From the NCBI GenBank assembly GCA_003693705.1, contig RBZT01000266.1, positions 9,701 to 73,700 of the forward strand: DNA of 64,000 bases. Direction: 5' to 3'. The DNA comes from Polymyxa betae A26-41. Lineage: Eukaryota; Protista; Endomyxa: Phytomyxea. Below the pieces are notes generated by a model that had not been told where the DNA came from, searched no databases, and was given only the letters and a program-made list of their open reading frames with translations. Positions 23,394-34,535 of the stretch are shown here, one piece after another. The position numbers and the translations under genes are program-made. Each line of letters starts with the position of its first letter. Positions within the stretch are counted from its first letter, which is position 1.

Positions 23394-26300
23394 ATGGATC
23401 TGATAGATGGCGCCGAACTGATTTCAACGTCTGATGACAAACAGGAAATCGAAGACAATGAAAGCATCAAGAAACCGGATCCTAGGTCGACCACCTCAAC
23501 CTATGGACTCTCTGGCGTTTTCTCGATGTACTCCAAACTAGTTCCGATAGCGACATTTACCAGCCAGGACGGTGCAACAGAATCGTGGAAACAGAAATAT
23601 GACAACCTAGCCTTTTCTCATGCGCAAGAGATTCACGGCATGCAGAAAGACATGGCCGAAATGGCCAAGAATGTTCATGGTGAGATCAGCGCCCTACAGG
23701 AACGATCTGCGACGTTCGAACATCTTGTAACGAAACTGAATGAAACAGTCGAGCAGCAGACCCAGAAAATCGCTTCCCTTCAACAGCAATTGTCTTCGTC
23801 ATTGGCTATCTGTCACCAGCAGGAGAAAACGATCGTTTCGTTGCAGGAGGAAGCTGATAAATATCGTCAACTGGCAAATGCTGAACATGAGCTAGCCCGC
23901 GTTCGATCTGATATGGCTCTCGCCGAATCCAAGGAGCAGCAAAACCTTCGGCAAGATCTCAGCCAAAGCGACGCCCTAGTTCGTGAGCTTCGCGTTGACC
24001 TGCAAAGGTTATCCCAAAATTTTAATCAAACAATTCAATCTCAAAACAAAAGCGAAGCAGAATGGTCGAGCAAGCTATCGGTGGCCGAAACTGAGGCTGA
24101 TCGCCTTCGTAAATCCTTGGACAAAGCCCAGCAGCGCTACAACAGTGATGTCTCTCGCCTTCAAGCAGAAATCGACCGCGCACAACATCAACGCACCGAT
24201 TTAATGTCAACATTGGACCAAGTGGAACGTCAGGAGAAGACGAGCGCGAGCCAGCTTAAACAAAGCCGAGCGTTGACGTTGACCCTGCAGCACAAACTTC
24301 AACAAGCAGACGCCGCCCTCGTTATCAATCAAACCGAGTGCCGACAACTGCAATCACAACTCGACAGAGCTAAAGACGACCTGTCAAGATCGCGATCGGA
24401 TTGTGAAGTCATTCGCCAGACATACGAAGAGCAGCGCATCGCCCTCGCACAAGCCCAAAAGCACGCCCAGGACGGAGTTCGCGAAATCGAAACGCTGCGC
24501 GCTGAACAAATTCGTATTGCGCAGGAGAAAGCAGCAGTCATCGACGAGAGAGAAAAGATCCAGGGAAGACTGAAGACGGAGTTAGATAAGTGTCAACAGC
24601 TCAGTCGGGAAAACGAAGAAATCGTGTCGCTTCGCGACCGACAGGCAGCCCAATTGCGGCGACATCAGGCACAATGCATTGAACTGGAGAACAAACTGGC
24701 GAATGCCATGAAGATCATCGGCCGCGATCAGGACACAATGGCCATTGCGAAGATGTCCATTGAACGACTCGGGTCGACACAAAGCATTCAACAAGAGCAG
24801 AACGAGCTGGTGACTCGCGAACTGAAAGCGAAAACAGAGGAGATCAATGAGCTGAAGGCGGTCATTGGCCGCCATACTGAGCAGATGCAAGCGCTGACTG
24901 TAACGAAAACCGAATTAGAACGCGCAAATGCCGAACTTCGAAAACGGGCCGAGCAAGATGGTCAACGAGTTCGTCAGATTGAAGAAGGATGCGAACGGCA
25001 ACGAGCCGAAAACCGATCGCTGCTTGAACGACTTGGTCAATTAAACGAAACCTACGAACAGCACCAGAAACAAACCAAAACTGATCAGCAGCAGATCCGA
25101 AGTTTGACCTGCACGATCCAGCAGCTTGAGCACGACATGAAAGCGGTCATTGCTCTCCATACTGAACAGATGCAAGCGCTGAGCGCAACGAAAGCCGAAT
25201 TGGAAAGTATAAATGCCGGGCTTCGAAAACGGGCCGAGGAGGATGGACAAAGAATTCGTCAGATTGAGATCGAACAAAATTTGCAGCTTCGCCAGTTTCA
25301 GGAAACACTGCAACAAGAACGTGACGACAACGAACAGTATCAGAAACAGATCTGTTCATTGACGGGCACCATTCAACAGCTTGAACGAAACCTGAAGGCT
25401 GCCGATCAGGAGCGGGAACGTCTTCAGCTGGAGATGAGGCAAGCGGCCCGGGACGCCTGGGACCAGGATACCGTCCTACGACAGAGCCAACTGGAAGCCG
25501 CCGAACAAAACCAGGTTGTTGGCGAACTTCGCGGCGCCCTTGAAGAGGCGAACATCGCTATCACCAAACTCCAGATCGAGTACGAGAACGCCGTTAGCAA
25601 GCACGACCAGCGCTGCCGTTTGGAATCGGATCGGTTCCGGTTAATCGAAGACGAAAGCGACGACCTTCGGCTCCGTCTGAATCTGAGTGAGGGCGAGGGC
25701 GATAAATTGCGGACAGCTGGACGTGACGCCGCCGCCCAGATTGAGGCGCTGAACAAAGAGCTGCAACATCATCACCAGCAGATCACGAAGCAAATTGCCG
25801 TCATCGACGAGCTCCGGGCTACGTTGCAGGCCCGGGACGCCGCCTTCACCGAGCTGCAGGGCGAATGTGAGCGCTCTGCTGAACAGCTGGCCGCCGCCTT
25901 GAAAGTGGCCGACGATCGCGGCGTTGCGCTGCACGCAAAGGAACAAGAATCGCGAACTCGCAACCGCTATAAGAAGATGCTGCAAAAGAAAATTGGCCGC
26001 CATAAAGCCGATAGTCGAGCCGTGCAGGCCCAGCTGCTGCGGCAGCAAGACGAGACCAAGACGCTGCAGAAAGCCAACGAATCGTGGTCGGCGGAACTGG
26101 CCATGACAAAGACTGATTTGCGGTCATTACAGGCACGACATCGGCGTCAATCCGATCAGGTTTTGGAGATGAATGCAGCGATTCTGGCGAAGGTCGATGG
26201 TGAGAAGCGGGCGAGCGACGAGATCGCCCGGCTGGGAGTGGAGCTGAAGGAGACAAAGGAAGAGATTGACATGCTGAGAGCGTCGCGAAACGAAATTAAT

Positions 26301-26892
26301 AGAGAGGTTGAGCGGTGGAAAGCTGACGCAGAACGTCTACGGGAACAGATAGTGGCGATGAAGTTGGAGAAGGAGAAGGCGATCGGGTCGTTGCGGAAGG
26401 TATCGAATGGCATCGATGCATTCCAGGTGGGAAACCTTAAAACCCTAACCCTAGCTCTAACTTCCTTTCTAGGATATCGATGTGATCCCAGTTGATACCA
26501 CTCCTGAAGATCAGATCGTCCGGCTGTCGTTGCAGCTGCATCAAGCGGATCAGGACAAGAAAGAGCTCAACGACCGGATCGTTGAGCTCAATCAGGAGGC
26601 GAAGGACCTCAGAAGACGAATCGGGTCGAAATCGGCCATGTTCGAATCAGTGCTGAAGACGCAGCTGGAGAAGGCGATCAAATTCGCGGCGCCCGATGCT
26701 CAGGTCACGACACGCTCTAGAGCGCCGCTGAATAGACAAAGCAGTATGCGGACGTTGACGGCCTGGGAGGCGGCCCAAAGAGACGATACCATCTCAATCA
26801 ATGACAACATGAATATGAGCGGTCTACAGAGGCATCATCGTCATCAAAGTATGGGCGGGGCCTCTCTCTCCAAACAACCCTGGAAGATTTGA
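23394..26892 (+). CDS. Long coiled-coil protein (one ~3-kb exon, intron 26427-26472, short last exon)
   Basis: More than 1000 aa of Q/E/L/R-rich heptads with an internal ~96-aa duplication. Confidence 0.85.
26432..26456 (+). repeat. Telomere-like element in the coiled-coil gene intron
   Basis: aaaccttaaaaccctaaccctagct, 5 nt after the donor. Confidence 0.85.
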
Positions 26893-27508
26893 TTCTCAAA
26901 GAAGCTCACAGAGAGACATCTCGAAACATTCCAACAGGCAGAGAGAACCGTTTATCCTTCCTCGTTCCTTGCCTATTTCCAAACGGTTATCAAAGGAATC
27001 GGAAATGGGTTGGTTCTTTCAATCGTCAATGAATTATACAATGAAGGCAAAATTATCTTAGGTTTTGTATCATCCACTATCAATCGAGATATTTCTTTTA
27101 GCATTCTCGCGGAAGAAAGCCACATGCATAGTCGAAGAGATTCGTGGTTCCGGGCGCCTGAGTCGTATTTGTCAGCCGATTCAGTGGTCAATTCAAATTC
27201 AGCCGAACCAGATGCCTTAGGAAAAGAGTCTAATGATATCGGTCTGAGGGTAGCGGTGTCATCATACTCGGCATCTCTAGCTTAAGTAACGATCTCGAAA
27301 AATGGCATGAGCTCGCTGTCAGCATTGACTTCTGAGGCTCAAAACATCCTGTGCATCCTATTTTATAACCAAGTAGATTCGAATCAACCACAGCGACAAC
27401 CAGTATGCAGATGCATCCTGATCCCTGGCCCAAATGATCGTACTGCAATGTCATGAGGACTTTAGACGCGCCCGTATCTCTAGATAGTGGGAACGGATCG
27501 AACAAGCA

Positions 27509-29313
27509 TCACCAGGGATTTGTCCTTGGCACAATGGTGAACAGAGCTCCAAGCAGGGCGTCCATATTGCGCCGGGTCATGGCGCTGCCGGCAACGACGG
27601 GAACATCGCCTGCCAGATCCCGGAGGCGTTTCAGGTTACGCGAGCATGCAGCAGGTCGCCGGTCGATTTTGTTCGCGAAGATCAATGATGGCCGTCGCAG
27701 CATCTCGGCGTTGTACAGACCCAGCTCGTGACGCATTTGTCGATAGTCCTCAATGGGATCGCGCGATTCCGTCCCAGCGATATCCACGACGTACAGAATT
27801 GCTTTCGTGCGCTCGATATGACGAAGAAATCGATGTCCTGAACAGCACTTTAGAAGAGTAGTTGCCGACCACCAACGGGCCAGTATGCCGACCTAGGCCG
27901 CGACCTTCAGCAGCGCCAGCTATCAGCCCGGGAATGTCAGCGACTGTGCAACGCGAAGATTCGAGATTGTCGAATTCGACGACGCCGAGGTTGGGCTGCA
28001 GAGTTGTGAATGGATAATCGGCTGCTGGACCTTTAGCAAGATTGCGCTGAACGATGGCGATAATGTCAACCAACCGATTTTAGGTCTAGCAGAGCAGATG
28101 GCGCTCAGCAGCGTCGATTTTCCGGCATTCGGATACCCCACTAGACCTATCAGATCAATTAGCAACCCGAACCTAAACGAGAATGCAGAACGCTGTCGTA
28201 GCGCACTGTGTGATAAAAGAGCATCCACCAAAAGTAAAAATAAAAAACTGAAAAAAGTCATGTAAATATCGTTCATAAGACTTAAGAAACGGATATCTGC
28301 GAAAGGAAATCTGAAACGAACCGATATCAGCTAAGATCTTGAGCTCAATCTCGAGCCTGACTCGGGCCCCTTTTGCACCTAATTCTGGGATTTGTTGGAC
28401 TCCCTTCATATACCGCATGTTCGACGTACGATTGCCCATGCCGCCTCGGCCTCCCTGAAAACGTTCTCAGCAGACGGCGTCTGCCTGACCAACAGGAAAC
28501 CTTTGCGACGACGATTTCGTCGCCGTCGTTGATGAGATCCATTTCGCTGTGGCGCTTGGCGTTTTCGTCGCTGCGTGGGTCCCCTTGGGCATCATGGCGA
28601 TCGTCGTTATGTTCGTCAAAGATGTCCAGCCAATCATGATTATCTTCTTTATCGTCAAGGAAGCGGATGACGGTTCCTCGCGGCACTCGAAGCACCGTAT
28701 TTTGCCCTTGTTGCCCGTGAGACAGATTCGGACCGCCATTCATCCCATCTGCCGAATCACGTTAATCGCAGCATGAATTGGATCAATAGGGAGACCCTAC
28801 TCTGTCCTTGGATCGTAGTTGAAGGGATAGATAGACCAAGCAGCGACGACGATGCCCTGATAACAACGTCGCCACCGTTGCCGCCATTGCCGCCATTAGC
28901 ACGACCTCTTTTACCTGAATGAGTTCGTTAATCACATCAGAGTAAAAATAGTATCAGAATTCAGATTCAAAGAGGAAACAGACCAAAATTGTTGACCATT
29001 TGTTAGCCATTCAAAATCTCAGCTGATTTTCAGCTAGACGAACTACAAAATCCAACGAAAAGTAAAGCGACTTAAGATCCAAAGAGCAGTAAATTTTGCA
29101 GTAAGATAAAGTTCGAAGCCGACCATTTCGAAGGTGCTCGAAGCTGGTGCATCCCTGGCCACCGGAGCCACCCTTCGCCACGATTCGAGCAAAGTCCACA
29201 AAACGATAGTTGGCAGCTGCCTTTCCTGATGTCCATCGTCGACCGACTCGATGACTGAAAAGCCCGCCGATCCTGACCGATGCTTGCTTGGCTGAAGACC
29301 ATGTTGGCTGCAT
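27509..29313 (-). CDS. Obg-family GTPase, probably mitochondrial (MTG2/ObgE-like)
   Basis: [17 protein letters not shown] Obg fold, [36 protein letters not shown]; Arg/Ser-rich N-terminal presequence. Start codon uncertain. Confidence 0.9.
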
Positions 29314-29379
29314 TGGGAGATGGAAATGAGCAGCGTCAGCAACGGGGTTTCTCTCATAGTCTCCCATAACTTGATACGA

Positions 29380-29401
29380 CCCTAAAACCCTAACCCTAGC
29401 T
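29380..29401 (+). repeat. Telomere-like element upstream of the Obg gene
   Basis: ccctaaaaccctaaccctagct. Confidence 0.85.
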
Positions 29402-29787
29402 TCTCCATGTGTTTTTACAGGCTCTCTCGGCATTGTCGTGAGCGATCGGACGCGAACTATCACCAACATGGACGCATGATGGCCTCGGATCGTTTCGCGG
29501 CACCGATCGCTGCCCTTTTAGATGCCAAATCAAGAATCCAGTCGCAAACACGTTGTTCGGTGAAGTCCCCAGATCGAGTGATTCGGGATTATATTCGTTG
29601 GCGAGAACAGCCTTCCCTGCTGATTAGCGATTATCTCTACTATCCATATCAATGTAATTCTCTATACTGTCCATATCAATATGATTTGATATGACAATAT
29701 CATATTACGGATATTTTGTCATCTTCCTTATTTGATTTTCTGGCTTCGAAGGCGTCCCTTTCATCGTCTGTCTGACGATCCGGCCGA

Positions 29788-30568
29788 ATGGTGGGTTCGG
29801 ACGCCAAGATCCGCCTCTGCAGTCTGCTGACTGTCGCGTGTATAGTTGCCTCTGTCGTTGCTGCGCGCTGCCGAGGGCAGTCCGATGGTACCGTTGGCGT
29901 TGTCCAGGTGCTAATTATCGTTTCTGATGTCGGTGTGGGTAGTTGGTGGAATTGAAGAACGGCGAGACGTATAATGGACGATTGGTTAATATTGATAGCT
30001 GGATGAACCTGAATCTGAAGGACATTGTTCGAACTAGTCGAGTATGTAGGTTCAGTTGATTAAGCTATCCGTGTTTTCTCTGTTTCTGTTTCACATCATT
30101 GCAAATGGAATCAATTAATTTCAATTGTTGAAAGTCGGTTGTAATTTAGCTGGTAGTGTTATAAGCCACGATAGGTCATTCGATGTGCTTTTGATCTTGC
30201 CCGTTCTCGAATTGTCATTTATTCTCACATTCGATTATCATATTTTCGGCTTTTATTGCTTTGGGAATTCCTATCTCAATATGACCTTTTGAGATTAAAA
30301 TTTTGGTTCTTGTCAATGATTAACAAACGCATTTCAGGATTGTGATCGTTTTTGGAGAATGCCTTCGGTCTACATTCGCGGCAACAACATCAAGTACCTT
30401 CGCATTCCTGAATCGACCGTCGACAAGGTCATGGAGACGGAGCGCGAGGTTCGGGCCATGCGCGGCGGCCGTGGTGGCGCATCAGATCGCGGCCGAGGGC
30501 GCGGTGGCCGTGGTGGTGGTGGACGTGGCCGTGGTCGCGGTGGCCGTGGCAGCTCTCGAAAGCCCTAG
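29788..30568 (+). CDS. LSM4: U6 snRNA-associated Sm-like protein LSm4 (4 exons; first coding exon is only ATG)
   Basis: [37 protein letters not shown]...[22 protein letters not shown] plus an RG-rich tail. Confidence 0.96.
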
Positions 30569-30690
30569 ATGAATACACACGGTCATGACACACGGTCATG
30601 CTGGAATCCAGAACGGGTCCGCGAATCCAGTAGGAGGCATGTGACGTCAGTGATGACGACTGCCCGTCATGCTGGCCGACGCCAGTGCCG

Positions 30691-32633
30691 ATGTCGTCGT
30701 TACATGGGTCGTCCAGCCACTTGATCGATGTGCGCAAGTCGTCCAGCGATCTGGTCGAAATCTGGACGATGTCGGCCGACGGTCGTCGCGCCAGCGCCGA
30801 CTCCGACGATGTCGCGACGCGCATCGACCCGGCCCAGGTCCCGGACTCGGAACGGTGGTCGCTGATGCCGGGCTCACACGTCCGTCGCGTTTGGGATTCG
30901 ATCGTGATGGTCGCCGTACTCTATTCCATCACTGTCGTACCGTTTCAATTCGGTCTGCGACAGATTCCGTCGTTGCTGCTGTGCTGAGCGTTTGTAGCGT
31001 TTTTACCGCCTTATCCGATCCCAATCGATAACTTCATCGCCGACACCATCTTCATCCTCGATGTCCTGGTCCAGTCGGTCGTCTACCATTCGAATTCGTT
31101 CGGCGACGCCGTCGTGCCTCTCTGGCGTTCGTTCCTATACTACTTGAAGGGTTGGTTCGCTATCGATCTGGTCTCGTCCATCCCATACTCTTATATCGCG
31201 CTCACCACGAACATGACCGCCTCGAACGGTGGGCGCCACTGTCGCCTGCCGCTCTCTGCTTGCTGAGCTGCCATTGCGCAGGGGCGATCTTCGTCCCCAT
31301 CAACATCCTTCGCCTGACGCGCTTGTTCAAGTTCCTGAAAGCCATCCGCCTGTCCAAGAAGTACACCTCGGCTGAGTTTAACACGCGCATCCATCCGGGT
31401 GTTATGCGGCTCACCCGACTGCTTTTAACGGTGTTCGTGGTCGGTCATATGTCGGCCTGTCTTTGGTACTTTATAGGGCGCGTCTATGATGATGACCCGC
31501 ACAGCTGGCTGAATCGCAACTCGTCCGATTTCAATATCCCGAATGCCGACGCCTTCGACCGTTACATCGTCTGCCTGTACTTCTCGTTCACGACCCTGGC
31601 AACCGTCGGATACGGTTAGGGTTTGGAGTTTTCCGGATCGTTTTTCAATGAGGCCGCTGAACGCTGTCCTGTGCAGGCGACATCACGCCGCAGACACGAC
31701 CCGAACTTGTCTTCACCATTATGCTGCTCATCATTGGCGTGGTTGTGTTTTCATGTTAGGGTTTTAGGGTTTATGCTGTTTCCTTCTGACTTGGAACAGA
31801 CGCCATGGCGAACGTCACCGCGTTGATGTACGAAATCGATCGTGATTCGCGCGCCTTCCGCAACCGCATGGGCGCGCTTCTATCATTCTGTCGGACGGCG
31901 AACGTCAGCATGGACCTGCAGCAGCTGATTCTGAAGCAGATGTCTCGGGAATGGCGTCGGGCACCTCTCTCTGAGGATTGGGAGACGATCCGCAACGATC
32001 TACCGAGCGACGTCCGCTCCCTGCTCATGTGGAACATCCATTCGGCGACGTTCCGCGCGTCGCGAACCTTCTCGCAGATCGAGGCCCAGTACGGCGCCGT
32101 CCATCGTAAGCTGATCGGCAGCGTGCGGCCCCTGCGCGCCGTCCGCCGCCAGATGATCGCCAAGGAGGGCGATATCTGCAAAGGCCTCTATCTGATCTGC
32201 AATGGGACCCTCGAACAGATCTGTAACGGACAATCCATCGCCATGTACTCACAAGGTGTCAACTGTCGTCATGGTTGTCGTCATCGCTGAAACATCGTCT
32301 CAGGATATTGTTTCGGCGAGATTCCGATGTTTCTCTCCAGAAACTCATCCTGGCTTTGCTCATACAGGTTCGGAAAAAAAAATTCGAACTCTTCCATTTT
32401 ATTTAAGAAAATTCAGGTGCCGGACGGCGTCGCTGTTCCTGTTCATTTCGCAAGCCGATCTGTTCGCAGCGTTGGGTGACTCCGACGGGTGCCAGGAACT
32501 GTTCGTCCAGCGAGCCCGATCGAAGCTCTGCAATCTGCAGGAGGCGTCCGTGAACGTGATGCAACAGAAACCGCCCCTGGTCTGATCTGCGATTCAGGTG
32601 CGGGCTAGCGAAGGCGTCCGCCACGCTCGATGA
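30691..32633 (+). CDS. Voltage-gated K+ channel with cyclic-nucleotide-binding(-homology) domain (EAG/HCN/plant Shaker-like)
   Basis: S4 ILRLTRLFKFLKAIRL, pore LYFSFTTLATVGYG|DITP, C-linker, and FGE motif of the cNMP domain. Both ends approximate. Confidence 0.9.
31755..31772 (+). repeat. Telomere-like repeat forming an intron 5' splice site (a second, shorter case at 31615-31624)
   Basis: gttagggttttagggttt begins the intron. Confidence 0.8.
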
Positions 32634-33079
32634 TTACTCGCGGCGGTCGAATCTATCACCAGAAGGCAATCTGGACACGATCCTGGCCAATATTCGGTCA
32701 CAACTTGATAAGGTCGTTGTTCGGAGGTTTCGTTCGCGCGTTTGGTATTGAGGGCGTTCTGATAGGTTCAGGAAGTGATGACGTCGTCGCCATCCGCGAG
32801 ACCAATCCGTCGCGCGTCTTCGGAGCATCTGTTAAGACGGCAGCTATCACTTTGATTGCTGCTGATAGATCGAATAGGCAGCTCGTTCTGCACGATCCTG
32901 CTGTTCATAGTTATTGTTTAAGTAGATATAATAGAAGTCGAAATGCAGCCATTCCCTCCAACTAATGTTAATTAGCAATTTGCCTGTCAATGGCTTGTCT
33001 GATGGCTTTGACAGATAACGGGCCCGGAATGGGGAAATAATGTTGAACTTTTTCCCTTTGGCCCATTCCTAAACCTTCT

Positions 33080-34438
33080 ATGCGCCTGCGGTTCTTATTT
33101 TTATTCATCACCTTTATCGGCGGTCTATTATCCGATGCTGCGTTGGGCAATCCTGAGATCGAGCACGTCTTACAGTCAAAGGATGCGAAATTTACGCTGC
33201 GTCCTGCCCGACCGAGATCGAACATGCGCAAGGTAAAGCGCCAGGCCGCCTTTCAGCAGCTGTTCGCCGAAGTGGACGTTAAACCATCGACGCTGACGTC
33301 TCCCGTGCCTGATGCGGTCGAATCTTTCGACGATGACCCTTTGTCAAAGCCATGCGTTCATCCCGAGATTGTTCCGACGCCGAAACCGTCTCTGAAACCC
33401 GACGAAACGATTCCAGCCGATTCTGACATCGGTTCCAATGAAGAACGTTTGATCTGCGATAGTATCGTCTCGCCGGTGGCAGATGACGACCGGCTGTCCA
33501 CGGTATCGACGATAACAGGGCCGGATCTGGACCCCGTCAACGATTGCCTTCCGGTGACGTCAAGTTCAGATGAAGACGACTCCTCGGTAGCATCGGATTC
33601 CAAGAACGATTCCGATCAGCTCTGCGACGTTGACGCTTGGCGTCGACAAGAACGGAAAGACCATGTTCGAGGTCGTCCTGTCCTTCTACGTCTGGCGAGC
33701 CCTGACGATCTCGACGACCATTCGCTATGCAATCTTATCGGTTCGCCTGTCACAGATGACGACGTCGACGACCGGCTGTCTACAATCTCGACGATAACAG
33801 AAACGGATCTGGACCCCGTCGACGATTGTCTTCTGGTGATAACAAGTCCAAGAAACGACGACGTTTCAATTGCATCGAATGCCAATGGCGATTCCGATAA
33901 ACAAGGCGATGCCAGGCGTCGACAAGACCGGAAAGACAATGTTCGAGGTCGTCGTGTCGTTCAACATATGGCGACCCCGGACGATCTCGACGATGCCTGC
34001 ACTTCGGATGAGGCAGTCGTCATCGAGTCGCGCAGCCCTGTAACGCCACCTTCGAATGATGCCCAACTGTCTACAGAACCTCCAACGCCAAAGGCTCCGC
34101 CGTCGCCTCCACCATCGGTGAAATCGGAGCCGCTCTCGCCGTCGCCAACACCATCGGATGTCCGGCCGACGACCGCACCAGATGGCGTCCCAGATCCCCA
34201 AAAGAAACGCGACAAGATCGGCGCCGTCCTCGATAAGTTCAAACATCGGCGTGCGGGCGACGATAGCAACCCGAGTCGTGGCCTGACGCCTCTGATCATC
34301 GTCGGCATCGTGGCCGGGGTCGTACTGGTCCTGTTGGCATGCATGCTCGTCAACCGATGCCGACAATGTTTCCGGCTACAACGATCCGCCAGCAGGGTCC
34401 GAGACGCTCGCAGGCGCTCTGTAAACGTAGCGTTTTGA
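33080..34438 (+). CDS. Intronless type I membrane protein: signal peptide, acidic duplicated ectodomain, Pro-rich stalk, TM helix, basic tail
   Basis: MRLRFLFLFITFIGGLLSDA signal; two ~94-aa repeats; LIIVGIVAGVVLVLLACMLV TM segment. Confidence 0.8.
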   Translation: MRLRFLFLFITFIGGLLSDAALGNPEIEHVLQSKDAKFTLRPARPRSNMRKVKRQAAFQQLFAEVDVKPSTLTSPVPDAVESFDDDPLSKPCVHPEIVPTPKPSLKPDETIPADSDIGSNEERLICDSIVSPVADDDRLSTVSTITGPDLDPVNDCLPVTSSSDEDDSSVASDSKNDSDQLCDVDAWRRQERKDHVRGRPVLLRLASPDDLDDHSLCNLIGSPVTDDDVDDRLSTISTITETDLDPVDDCLLVITSPRNDDVSIASNANGDSDKQGDARRRQDRKDNVRGRRVVQHMATPDDLDDACTSDEAVVIESRSPVTPPSNDAQLSTEPPTPKAPPSPPPSVKSEPLSPSPTPSDVRPTTAPDGVPDPQKKRDKIGAVLDKFKHRRAGDDSNPSRGLTPLIIVGIVAGVVLVLLACMLVNRCRQCFRLQRSASRVRDARRRSVNVAF

Positions 34439-34447
34439 TAAAGTACA

Positions 34448-34462
34448 TAGGGTTTAGGGTTT
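34448..34462 (+). repeat. Telomere-like repeat upstream of the RNase III gene
   Basis: tagggtttagggttt. Confidence 0.7.
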
Positions 34463-34535
34463 GTTTCCAAGTTCACTGAAATCGGGAGAGCGTCACGGGT
34501 CGGACTCGGACAATTCGTCGTTGTTGTCGTCTGGG

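Noticed and set aside
30042-30337. Intronic snoRNA in LSM4
   Set aside because: No convincing C (RUGAUGA) and D (CUGA) box pair or H/ACA layout was seen.
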